This document shows, in pieces, positions 10,376-18,394 of a stretch of 34,699 bases of DNA (position 1 is the stretch's first letter; each line of letters starts with the position of its first letter). The notes below the pieces were generated by a model that was given only the letters and a program-made list of their open reading frames with translations, ran no database searches and had not been told where the DNA came from. The translations under genes were made by a program, and so were the position numbers. Source of the DNA: Candidatus Nanopelagicales bacterium (lineage in GTDB: Bacteria; Actinomycetota; Actinomycetes; S36-B12; UBA5976); the NCBI GenBank assembly GCA_036819575.1, contig DAIRXT010000002.1, positions 1-34,699 of the forward strand. The letters are read 5' to 3'.

Positions 10376-10492
10376 GATGCCTAACCTAATGGGTTTTCCA
10401 AGATTGTTCTTCTCGTATTCAGTAATTGTTGTCGGTCACAAACTGCAAGGCAGCCAGAAGTTGCCTAGAATAAAGTCAAAGGAGGTTGCATC

Positions 10493-11035
10493 ATGAGCAT
10501 GATGAATGAGACCGATGAACGTGGTTCTTGGTTGAATGATGAACAAATTGAATTCGTGCGTGATCGACTTCCAATTTTATACATTGATGCCATTCCTGTA
10601 AGAGTTGATGAATTAGGAAATGTTACACAAATTGGTTTACTACTTCGCGGTATGCCTGATGGAAGCATAAGTCGCGCGATGGTTTCAGGCCGAGTTCTTT
10701 ATGGCGAAAGAGTTAGGGCAGCCTTAATAAGACATTTAGAAAAAGATCTTGGTGCAACAGCGCTACCACAGATTGCTCCTAGCCCAACTCCTTTCACAAT
10801 TGTTGAGTATTTTCCTGACCCAAATGTTTCTGGTTTCCATGATCCAAGACAACATGCGGTTAGTCTTGCATTTGTTGTAGTAGTAAAAGGAGATTGTCGT
10901 CCGAGCCAAAATGCACTTGATTTAGCGTGGTTGAATCCAGATGAAGCACAAAGTAAAAAGGTTTTAGACGAGATGACAGGTGGTCAAGCAAAGCTTCTTA
11001 AACTAGCACTTGCTCACATGGGAGTAATCGAATAA
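10493..11035 (+). CDS. Nudix-fold protein with a degenerate Nudix box (DUF4916-like)
   Basis: GRVLYGERVRAALIRHLEKDLG aligns to the Nudix box GX5EX7REUXEEXGU, but with REU->RHL and EE->EK. GGAGG Shine-Dalgarno 7 nt upstream of the ATG. Confidence 0.5.
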   Translation: MSMMNETDERGSWLNDEQIEFVRDRLPILYIDAIPVRVDELGNVTQIGLLLRGMPDGSISRAMVSGRVLYGERVRAALIRHLEKDLGATALPQIAPSPTPFTIVEYFPDPNVSGFHDPRQHAVSLAFVVVVKGDCRPSQNALDLAWLNPDEAQSKKVLDEMTGGQAKLLKLALAHMGVIE

Positions 11036-11593
11036 ATGAACAATAAAATTGCGAGTACAACATTAGGTTGGCTTCTAAGTGTCGGTGGAGTTGTAGGTTG
11101 GTTTTCTTCCTTTATCCTTACAGTAGACAAGATAAAAATTCTTGAAAATCCAAGTTATGTTTCAAGTTGTAATATAAATTCTGTTTTAGCTTGTGGAAAT
11201 ATCGTTACAACAGATCAAGCCTCTTTCTTTGGATTTCCAAACAGTTTGATTGGCGTAAGTAGTTTTCCAGTCCTGGTATTAATTGGAGTTTTATCTCTAT
11301 CTGGTATTCAAGTATCTAAGTGGATGTTTCAAGTTATTGCCATAATCAGTGGTTTGGCAACATTATTTGTTTCTTGGCTTGCATTCCAAAGTATTTATGT
11401 AATTGAAATACTTTGTCCATATTGCATAGTCGTATGGGGTATGACAGTTCCAATTTTCTTCTTAACAACCAGAGATTTATTGAAAAAATCCAGAAATTCA
11501 ACATTGAAGTCATTGTCTGTTTTAACCGGATTTTTAACTTTAGGTTGGTTTTTAGTTGTAGGATCTGCAATCTTTTTACAATTTGTAATCTGA
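11036..11593 (+). CDS. Vitamin K epoxide reductase (VKOR) family membrane protein
   Basis: Multi-TM protein with a loop Cys pair (SCNINSVLACGN) and an in-membrane CPYC redox motif. The ATG directly follows the stop of the upstream gene. Confidence 0.75.
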   Translation: MNNKIASTTLGWLLSVGGVVGWFSSFILTVDKIKILENPSYVSSCNINSVLACGNIVTTDQASFFGFPNSLIGVSSFPVLVLIGVLSLSGIQVSKWMFQVIAIISGLATLFVSWLAFQSIYVIEILCPYCIVVWGMTVPIFFLTTRDLLKKSRNSTLKSLSVLTGFLTLGWFLVVGSAIFLQFVI

Positions 11594-11594
11594 G

Positions 11595-11678
11595 TGTCCG
11601 AAGGGGGACTTGAACCCCCATCCCCGTTAAGGGACTAGCACCTCAAGCTAGCGCGTCTACCTATTCCGCCATCCGGAC
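11595..11678 (-). tRNA. tRNA-Leu (anticodon GAG), class II with long variable arm; CCA not encoded
   Basis: The reverse complement folds by hand into a cloverleaf. Acceptor GTCCGGA/TTCGGAC, anticodon stem CTAGC/GCTAG with loop TTGAGGT, 15-nt variable arm, T arm GGGGG-TTCAAGT-CCCCC, discriminator A. Total 84 nt. Confidence 0.9.
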
Positions 11679-11752
11679 TTACTAGATTCACACGATAACA
11701 ATCGACACCTTAATCAAGTTCAAGCCCATCAGGTAGGCAAGATGGAATAACT

Positions 11753-13063
11753 ATGAATTACACAGATGAACTTGAAAAGAGAGTAGTTCAATACTGTCAA
11801 GATTTAATAAGAATAGATACAACAAATTTTGGACGAAATGAAAGTAACGGTGAAGATAAGGCTGCTGAATATGTTGCAAAAATACTTAGTGGATTAAACA
11901 TTGAAAACCAAATAGTTGGTCCTGATTCAAAAAGATCATCTGTTTTAGCAAGAATTGCAGGAACAGATTCTTCTTTGCCAGGAATTGTGTTGCACGGACA
12001 TCTAGATGTTGTTCCAGTTGAAAAAGATAAATGGACCAAGCCGGCATTTGAAGCCTTGATAGAGCAGGATCAAATTTGGGGTCGAGGCGCCGTAGACATG
12101 AAGAATGGTAATGCCATGATTTTGGCAAGTCTTCATGAGTTAATTAATCAGGGTTGGAAACCTAAAAGAGATATTTCATTAGCTTTCTTCGCCGACGAAG
12201 AAGCAGGTGGCGCATTAGGTAGTCATTTCGTTACTAAGAATTATCCAGAATATTTTGAAAATGCCAGTGAAGCAGTTGGTGAAGTTGGTGGGTTTTCACA
12301 CACCTTAAGTAATGGCGTAAGGCTCTATTTGATTGAAACTGCTCAAAAGGGAATTGCCTGGATGAAACTAACCTCTAAGGGCACAGCAGGCCATGGATCA
12401 ATGGTTAATGATAATAATGCAATTTCAATTCTTGCCAAAGCAATCAACAACCTTGTTAATCACAAATTTCCAATCACGATTAAAGACTCAGTTCGCCAAC
12501 TTTTAGAAGAAACTGCCACTGCCTACGGAACTAAATTTGATCAAAATGATCCTGAAAAAATTGTGGCAATGTTAGGAACATTGTCTAAATTAGTTTCAGC
12601 CACTCTTTCAGACACAGCAAATCCTACGATGTTAAAAGCTGGTTATAAAGTGAATGTGATTCCTGGCCAAGCAGAGGCATATGTTGATGGAAGATTTCTT
12701 CCAGGAAATGCCGATAATTTCATGTCTGAGATAAGAAAAATAGTGGGAGATGAAATTAGCGTTGAAGCTGAAACTTTTGATGTTGCTCTTGAGGCACCCT
12801 TTAAAGCTGACACCGTAGATCTGATGATTCAGTCGTTATCTGCAGAAGATCCTGGGGCAAAGGTTGTGCCATACATGTTATCTGGTGGAACTGATGCAAA
12901 AGCAATGTCAAAATTTGGAATTAAAGGTTACGGTTTTACACCACTACTGTTGCCAAATGATTTGGATTTCACAAGCCTATTTCATGGTCACGATGAAAGA
13001 ATTCCAGTTTCATCATTAAAGTTTGGGGCAAGAACAATGTATCGATTTATTAAAGAGCTCTAA
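11753..13063 (+). CDS. M20-family metallopeptidase (ArgE/DapE/ACY1/CPG2 family)
   Basis: Metal and catalytic motifs HGHLDVVP, GRGAVDMKNG and ADEEAGG. 436 aa. Confidence 0.85.
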   Translation: MNYTDELEKRVVQYCQDLIRIDTTNFGRNESNGEDKAAEYVAKILSGLNIENQIVGPDSKRSSVLARIAGTDSSLPGIVLHGHLDVVPVEKDKWTKPAFEALIEQDQIWGRGAVDMKNGNAMILASLHELINQGWKPKRDISLAFFADEEAGGALGSHFVTKNYPEYFENASEAVGEVGGFSHTLSNGVRLYLIETAQKGIAWMKLTSKGTAGHGSMVNDNNAISILAKAINNLVNHKFPITIKDSVRQLLEETATAYGTKFDQNDPEKIVAMLGTLSKLVSATLSDTANPTMLKAGYKVNVIPGQAEAYVDGRFLPGNADNFMSEIRKIVGDEISVEAETFDVALEAPFKADTVDLMIQSLSAEDPGAKVVPYMLSGGTDAKAMSKFGIKGYGFTPLLLPNDLDFTSLFHGHDERIPVSSLKFGARTMYRFIKEL

Positions 13064-13245
13064 GTTCGTTCAACTTTCTGAATTCTTTTCTTAACCCACA
13101 TTCTTTTTACTCCATTGGGATAAATTCGGGTACGAACCAATTCCCATCTTCCATACTCGGCTAATTCTGTTAGCAACTCTTTTGCTTCGCGCCTGGTAAC
13201 TTTTTTAGGTAAGGGCACTTCTCTAATTTCCCAAGAACTATACAA
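13060..13245 (-). CDS. Small conserved actinobacterial protein (DUF5703-like)
   Basis: 61 aa. The segment REAKELLTELAEYGRWELVRTRIYPNGVKRMWVKKRI resembles the DUF5703 consensus as I recall it. Starts 1 nt after the upstream aldo/keto reductase stop. Confidence 0.45.
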   Translation of the reverse strand: MYSSWEIREVPLPKKVTRREAKELLTELAEYGRWELVRTRIYPNGVKRMWVKKRIQKVERT

Positions 13246-13246
13246 G

Positions 13247-14236
13247 TTAATTACCCCGTTCCTTAGAAAGTTGAGCCCATCCTGACTCAGGATAGGAAGA
13301 ATGCGGTGCAGAAACGTCGGAAAGAGCCTGAATTATTTCTTGTGGCAGAACCAGATTATCTGCACCTAACAAAACTCTTAGTTGAGCTAAATTCCTTGCT
13401 CCTAAGACAACTGCTGAAACCCCCGGACGATCTCGCACCCAGGCGATTGCGGTTTCAGTAGGTGTTCGACCAATTCCTTCAGCTGCTGTAACTAATGCAT
13501 CCACTATTCGTGATTTTTCTTCCGTTAAGTGTTCCTGAATAAAACTTGCGAAGTGAGTTGAAGCTGCACGTGAATCTACTGGTGTTCCAAATCGATATTT
13601 TCCTGTTAAAACTCCACGGCCCAGGGGAGACCAAGCTAGAAATGATTTTTCTTGATCAACTAAAAGTGGCAAAATTTCTCTTTCCACACCTCGGGCCAGT
13701 AATGAATACTCATGCTGCGTTGATATGAAAGGAATACCCAGATACTTACATTGAGAAATAACAAGAGCAGTTTGCCAAGCAGAATAATTTGAAATTCCAA
13801 AGTATCTAAATTTTCCTTGCTGATAAAGATTATGAACGCCAGCAAGAGTTTCTTCTATAGAAGTTAATGGATCCCAGCCATGTAATTGCCAAAGGTCAAC
13901 ATAATCAACCCCAATACGATTAAGGGAAGAATTTAGTGCGCTTGTAATATGACCGGGACTTGCGTTATACATTCTTGGTAAATCAACCTTGACAGCTTTA
14001 GTTGCAATGAAAACAGAATCTCGATTTCCATGCTCAGCCACAATTTGGCCAACTAATTCCTCTGAGACTCCCTTGGCGTAAGAGTCAGCTGTGTCAATGA
14101 ATGTTCCGCCTGCGTCAACGTAAGCCTTGTACTGAGATCTCGCCTCTGGTTCATCTGTGTCGCGTCCCCAAGTCATGGTCCCCAAAGCCAAAGTGGAAAC
14201 TTCGTGTCCCGAGTTTGCAAGCATCGTCATTCGCAT
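13247..14236 (-). CDS. Aldo/keto reductase
   Basis: LGTMTWG, DTADSY and WQLHGWD are typical AKR (Tas/YajO-like) motifs. 329 aa. The start could be one of several in-frame Met codons (MRMTM). Confidence 0.85.
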   Translation of the reverse strand: MRMTMLANSGHEVSTLALGTMTWGRDTDEPEARSQYKAYVDAGGTFIDTADSYAKGVSEELVGQIVAEHGNRDSVFIATKAVKVDLPRMYNASPGHITSALNSSLNRIGVDYVDLWQLHGWDPLTSIEETLAGVHNLYQQGKFRYFGISNYSAWQTALVISQCKYLGIPFISTQHEYSLLARGVEREILPLLVDQEKSFLAWSPLGRGVLTGKYRFGTPVDSRAASTHFASFIQEHLTEEKSRIVDALVTAAEGIGRTPTETAIAWVRDRPGVSAVVLGARNLAQLRVLLGADNLVLPQEIIQALSDVSAPHSSYPESGWAQLSKERGN

Positions 14237-14310
14237 ATTGTGAGGTTATTGCAATATTAAGTAGAAACAACTCATTCGCACGATTTTCTACAAAGTGTTA
14301 GGGGAAAAAC

Positions 14311-15129
14311 TTGTCCTGGTGGCTTTCTGGGGTTATGGGAGTGGTGCAAGGGCTAACAGAGTTTCTGCCTATTTCCTCAAGTGCTCACTTAAGAATCTTG
14401 CCCGCTTTAGTGAACCAACCAGACCCAGGCGCATCTTTTACCGCAGTTATACAAATTGGAACTATTTTATCTGTTCTCATTTTCTTTTGGAAAGATTTAA
14501 CGCTTATAAGCAGTGCCCTGATTAGGGGTCTATTTAACAAACAAAAACGCGACAAAGATTTCCGAATGGGTGTTTCAATTGCGATAGCAACTATTCCCAT
14601 TGTTGTGGTTGGATATTTTGGTCAAGATTTCATTAAGAATGAAGCAAGAAGTTTATACTTAGTAGCTTATGTAATGCTGATTTTTTCTTTTGTTATGTAT
14701 TTCGTGGATCGATTCTCAAAACAAGAAACTAAGGCAGAGAACTTAACTGGAACAAAGATCTTCTTTATTGGTATGGCTCAGGCCTTAGCCTTAATTCCTG
14801 GATTTAGTCGATCAGGTGTAACAATAACTGCGGCCCGATTATTTGGAGTAAATCGAGCTGAAGCTGCTAGATTTTCATTTTTGCTAAGTGTTCCAGCAAT
14901 TGTGTTGTCGGGAGTTTATGAGGCTATAGGAATCTCAAATAGCAACCCATCAGGATGGGGGCAGACAATTTTTGCAACAGTTGTTTCCTTCATTGTTGGA
15001 TATTTAAGCATCGCTTGGCTAATCAGATGGTTAGGAAATCACAGTTTAGGAGCCTTTGTGGTTTATCGAATTGCACTTTCATTGCTCATAATTGGATTAC
15101 TAAATGGCGGTTTCATTTCCAACCTCTAG
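14311..15129 (+). CDS. uppP: Undecaprenyl-diphosphate phosphatase (BacA/UppP)
   Basis: EFLPISSSAHL and PGFSRSG signature motifs in a polytopic membrane protein. TTG start with an AGGGG Shine-Dalgarno upstream. Confidence 0.9.
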   Translation: MSWWLSGVMGVVQGLTEFLPISSSAHLRILPALVNQPDPGASFTAVIQIGTILSVLIFFWKDLTLISSALIRGLFNKQKRDKDFRMGVSIAIATIPIVVVGYFGQDFIKNEARSLYLVAYVMLIFSFVMYFVDRFSKQETKAENLTGTKIFFIGMAQALALIPGFSRSGVTITAARLFGVNRAEAARFSFLLSVPAIVLSGVYEAIGISNSNPSGWGQTIFATVVSFIVGYLSIAWLIRWLGNHSLGAFVVYRIALSLLIIGLLNGGFISNL

Positions 15130-15138
15130 AATGATTTT

Positions 15139-15804
15139 GTGGCAACAATTTATCTAGTAAGACATGGTCGAACTCCAGCAAACGAAAAAGGCATTTTAGC
15201 TGGAAGAACCAAAGGAATTTTCTTAGATGATCTTGGGATATTACAAGCTCAAGAGGTGGCTAAGAAATTACAAGACATAGAGTTTAAAAAGATAATTGTA
15301 AGTCCAATGGAGCGCTGTCAGCAAACTGCGAAAATTATTTTGGCTGGCCTAAAGAAACCTGTTAAGCCCGTTATCGAAAATGGGATAAACGAATGTAATT
15401 ATGGCGATTGGTCAAACAAAAAACTTTCCATTCTGAGAAAAAAACCACTTTGGAAAACTGTGCAAGAAAGACCCAGTTTGGTCCAGTTTCCCAATGGAGA
15501 AAGAATGGAAGAAATGCTTTTTCGTACAAAAAGCACAATTCTTGAAACAGCTTCCAAGCTTAAATCAACTGAAAATGTTTTAGTTGTATCGCATGGTGAT
15601 CCTATTAGAACTTTCGTTGCAGATTGCTTAGGAATCCATCTTGATAACTTTCAAAGAATTACTATCGATCCTTGTTCCATCAGCGTCATCAAAATTGACG
15701 ACAACTCAATACAGGTTGTAAGCATCAACAACCGAGTTAATGTTGAACAACCACAGAAGAAACGAAAGAAATTTGGTAGCGATCTAGGTGGGGGTGCAGG
15801 TTAA
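15139..15804 (+). CDS. Histidine phosphatase superfamily protein (MSMEG_4193-type putative phosphomutase/phosphatase)
   Basis: N-terminal LVRHGRT (RHG catalytic motif) and downstream SHGD. It is the first gene of the conserved actinobacterial trio next to mshC. Confidence 0.75.
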   Translation: MATIYLVRHGRTPANEKGILAGRTKGIFLDDLGILQAQEVAKKLQDIEFKKIIVSPMERCQQTAKIILAGLKKPVKPVIENGINECNYGDWSNKKLSILRKKPLWKTVQERPSLVQFPNGERMEEMLFRTKSTILETASKLKSTENVLVVSHGDPIRTFVADCLGIHLDNFQRITIDPCSISVIKIDDNSIQVVSINNRVNVEQPQKKRKKFGSDLGGGAG

Positions 15805-16356
15805 ATGCGAAAAATTATCTCGCATCTAGAACCTGACAGATTTGTATCGGGGACTATAGGCCAACCTGGAGAACGCGTTTTCTTTATTCAAGTGAAAAGC
15901 GGTAATAACATAACAAGTGTGATTGTTGAAAAATCACAAGTTGCAATACTTGCCGAAAGAATTGATACTTTGTTGAATCAAATAATGCAGGAAAACGAAA
16001 ATCATGCACAAGTTCCAGAAAAATTTGATGCTAACTTGCTTGATCTAGAACCACTAGAAGCTCCAATTACTGAAGAATTTCGGGTAGGTGTAATGAGTTT
16101 AGGTTGGAGTATTCCCAAAAAGAAATTGATAATCGAAGCTCATGCAGATACAAGTGACACAGTTCCAGAAATTGACAGCGAGGAAACCGAAGGACCAGAT
16201 GTTCTGAGAGTTCACATTGATGCCAAGCAAGGAAGACTTTTTGCCGAACGAGGTCGACGTTTAGTTTCTGCAGGCAGACAGCCTTGTCCATTTTGTAATG
16301 AACCACTAGGTCAACGTGGTCACATTTGCGCACGAGCAAATGGTTATAAAAGATAA
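15805..16356 (+). CDS. DUF3090-family protein with C-terminal zinc-ribbon-like motif
   Basis: Begins at TAAATG directly after the phosphatase. The C-terminus CPFCNEPLGQRGHICARANGY carries CxxC...HxC. Position matches the Rv2134c-type gene. Confidence 0.65.
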   Translation: MRKIISHLEPDRFVSGTIGQPGERVFFIQVKSGNNITSVIVEKSQVAILAERIDTLLNQIMQENENHAQVPEKFDANLLDLEPLEAPITEEFRVGVMSLGWSIPKKKLIIEAHADTSDTVPEIDSEETEGPDVLRVHIDAKQGRLFAERGRRLVSAGRQPCPFCNEPLGQRGHICARANGYKR

Positions 16357-16360
16357 ATAA

Positions 16361-17137
16361 ATGGATTCAAAGGAAATACTGCAAAACGGTGAGATTGAAA
16401 TAGAAGGTCTGATTCCAGATTCATCAAATGGTGCTTTGAAAGTCAAAACTGTTTGGAATGAACATGAAATTGACGCACTAATAAAACCCAATGTTTCTGT
16501 TAGGGCCCTTTGGGATTTTCCCGATAGAGATTTAAACAATCGTGAATACGCAACATTCTTATTTGACCGAGAATTAGGTCTGAATCTGGTTCCGGAAACT
16601 GCACTTAGAGATATCAAAGGAATTAGTCAATGCTTAGTCCAAGAGTGGATACATGAAGCAAAAAATGATCTAGTTATCGTTAAAAGTCCTGAAGAAATTC
16701 CTTCTAACTATAAAACAGTTTTACAAGGCTATGATGAGCTAAATAAACTCATCACTTTGGCGCACAAAAATACAGTCGAGATAAGAAACCTGTGTTTATT
16801 TGATCTGATAATTAACAATGCAGATCGAAAAGGTGGACATCTGCTCTTAGATGATTCAAATAAAATGTGGGCAATTGATCATGGAGTCACTTGGCATGAA
16901 GAATCCAAAATTAGAACAGTCCTATGGGGTTGGATTGGAGAAAAGCTAAACAAGTCAGATTTGGAATTTTTATCGAAAGCAGAGAAAGTATTAACCAAAT
17001 GGTCTGCATCTGAATTCGAATATCTGAAAAAAGAAGAAATTGCTGCTGCTCTGACTAGAGTCAGATCTCTTTTAAATGGTGGAATCTTCCCACAGCCAGG
17101 AGATCAGTGGCCAGCGGTGCCTTGGCCTATTTTTTAA
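16361..17137 (+). CDS. SCO1664-family protein (PI3/PI4-kinase-like catalytic motifs)
   Basis: DLIINNADRKGGHLLLD followed by WAIDHGVTW resembles the catalytic and activation loops of PI3/4-kinase-like proteins. Third member of the trio. Confidence 0.65.
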   Translation: MDSKEILQNGEIEIEGLIPDSSNGALKVKTVWNEHEIDALIKPNVSVRALWDFPDRDLNNREYATFLFDRELGLNLVPETALRDIKGISQCLVQEWIHEAKNDLVIVKSPEEIPSNYKTVLQGYDELNKLITLAHKNTVEIRNLCLFDLIINNADRKGGHLLLDDSNKMWAIDHGVTWHEESKIRTVLWGWIGEKLNKSDLEFLSKAEKVLTKWSASEFEYLKKEEIAAALTRVRSLLNGGIFPQPGDQWPAVPWPIF

Positions 17138-17170
17138 TTCAATAAATCATCAATCGCGTATTGTAGGAAC

Positions 17171-18394
17171 ATGAAATCTTGGACTCTTGAATCACAAAGA
17201 ATCAAGTCAGATTCTTATCCCAATTCAACACTTAAAATATATGACTCTAGGTCCAAGCAAGTTCAAAGTATTGACAGAGATAATAAGACATTTCAAATGT
17301 ATGTTTGCGGAATTACTCCATATGATTCCGCGCATTTAGGGCACGCCTTTACTTATCTGTCCTTTGATTTAATAGTTCGAACATTGAACTTCATAGGAAT
17401 ATCAACAAACTATGTTCAAAATGTGACTGACATTGATGACCCTTTATTTGAAAGGGCACGAAAGTCTGATCAACCGTGGCAAGACATTGTCAACCAGCAA
17501 TTAGATATCTACAGAAAAGATATGAGTGCGTTAAATATTTTGCCCCCAAATCACTTCGTGGGAGTTATGGAGAATATGGGGTTAATAACCAATCAAATTG
17601 GGCGAACCATAGATCAGAATTTGAGTTATAAAATTGGAAGCGAGTGGTATTTCGAAACAAAATCTGACAAGTCATCTGATTTGATTCGAGACATCAGTCA
17701 AAATAAATTAATTGAACTTGCAAAAGAAAGAGGTTGTGACACAGATCGAGAAGGTAAGAAGAATCAAATCGATCCAATTCTATGGAAAAGTTCCAAGGAC
17801 GATGAACCGATTTGGAATGAAGAATTCGGTTCCGGTAGACCCGGCTGGCATATTCAATGTGTTTCTCTAGCTAAAGAGTTTGCAGAATTACCACTAGATA
17901 TCCAAGGTGGGGGAAAGGATCTAATTTTTCCTCATCACGCAATGAGTGAAGAACAAACAAAGGCTCTAGGTTTAGGTGAATTGGCAAAAAATTATTGTCA
18001 CGTTGGAATGGTTTCTTACCAGGGCAGCAAAATGAGTAAATCTAAAGGTAATCTCGTTTTTGTACATGAATTGATTAACCAAGGAGTATCTCCAATGGTT
18101 ATCAGAACACTGTTAATGATTAACCAATGGAATCAAGATTGGGAATATGACTCTTCTGTTCTTAAGAAAGCTGATGATATTTACAAGAAAATTGTTCAAA
18201 ATCTTAAAGGGAAGTATATTAGTCAAGAAGACCAAAATAGAGTTGTCAATTTGATGCTTGATAATCTAAATACTCCCAAAATTTTGGACTTCTTGATGGA
18301 GTTAAAACCCCAAGCACAGTCGGAAAATGATCTTTTAATAGATTTATTTTTAGATTCATTACTTGGTCTTAAACTGGAGAGTATTTCTAAATGA
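17171..18394 (+). CDS. mshC: Cysteine:1D-myo-inosityl 2-amino-2-deoxy-alpha-D-glucopyranoside ligase (mycothiol ligase MshC)
   Basis: YVCGITPYDSAHLGHAFTY (HIGH), YVQNVTDIDDPLFERA and KMSKSKGN are near-identical to recalled M. tuberculosis MshC segments. At 407 aa it lacks the CysRS anticodon-binding extension. Confidence 0.85.
   Translation: MKSWTLESQRIKSDSYPNSTLKIYDSRSKQVQSIDRDNKTFQMYVCGITPYDSAHLGHAFTYLSFDLIVRTLNFIGISTNYVQNVTDIDDPLFERARKSDQPWQDIVNQQLDIYRKDMSALNILPPNHFVGVMENMGLITNQIGRTIDQNLSYKIGSEWYFETKSDKSSDLIRDISQNKLIELAKERGCDTDREGKKNQIDPILWKSSKDDEPIWNEEFGSGRPGWHIQCVSLAKEFAELPLDIQGGGKDLIFPHHAMSEEQTKALGLGELAKNYCHVGMVSYQGSKMSKSKGNLVFVHELINQGVSPMVIRTLLMINQWNQDWEYDSSVLKKADDIYKKIVQNLKGKYISQEDQNRVVNLMLDNLNTPKILDFLMELKPQAQSENDLLIDLFLDSLLGLKLESISK

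Noticed and set aside
10429-10437. TTGTCGGTC upstream of the Nudix-like gene resembles the PafBC-dependent RecA-NDp element (TTGTCRGTG-N8-TANNNT)
   Set aside because: The last base mismatches. More importantly, the hexamer 8 nt downstream is CAAGGC, not TANNNT. The only good -10-like hexamer (TAGAAT, 10466-10471) is 28 nt away, so the spacing does not fit the motif.
11346-11621. 91-aa minus-strand and 66-aa plus-strand ORFs overlapping the VKOR 3' end and the tRNA
   Set aside because: They overlap a well-supported membrane-protein gene and a cloverleaf-folding tRNA, with no motifs or ribosome-binding sites. They are spurious.
14261-14291. Inverted repeat GTAGAAA-N17-TTTCTAC in the aldo/keto reductase / uppP divergent spacer
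   Set aside because: It has only 7 AT-rich base pairs with a 17-nt loop. That is expected by chance in AT-rich DNA and thermodynamically weak, and I cannot assess conservation.
14295-14525. 76-aa plus-strand ORF starting in the uppP upstream spacer. The 63-aa ORF at 20809-21000 is a similar case.
   Set aside because: Both run out of frame into strongly supported genes (uppP, HAD hydrolase) and encode no recognisable domain. They are better explained as chance open frames.
17171-18394. Alternative call of this class-I synthetase-like gene as cysteinyl-tRNA synthetase (cysS)
   Set aside because: At 407 aa it lacks the C-terminal anticodon-binding extension of CysRS. It shows MshC-specific blocks (YVCGITPYD, YVQNVTDIDDPLFERA). 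It also sits in the conserved mshC neighbourhood.
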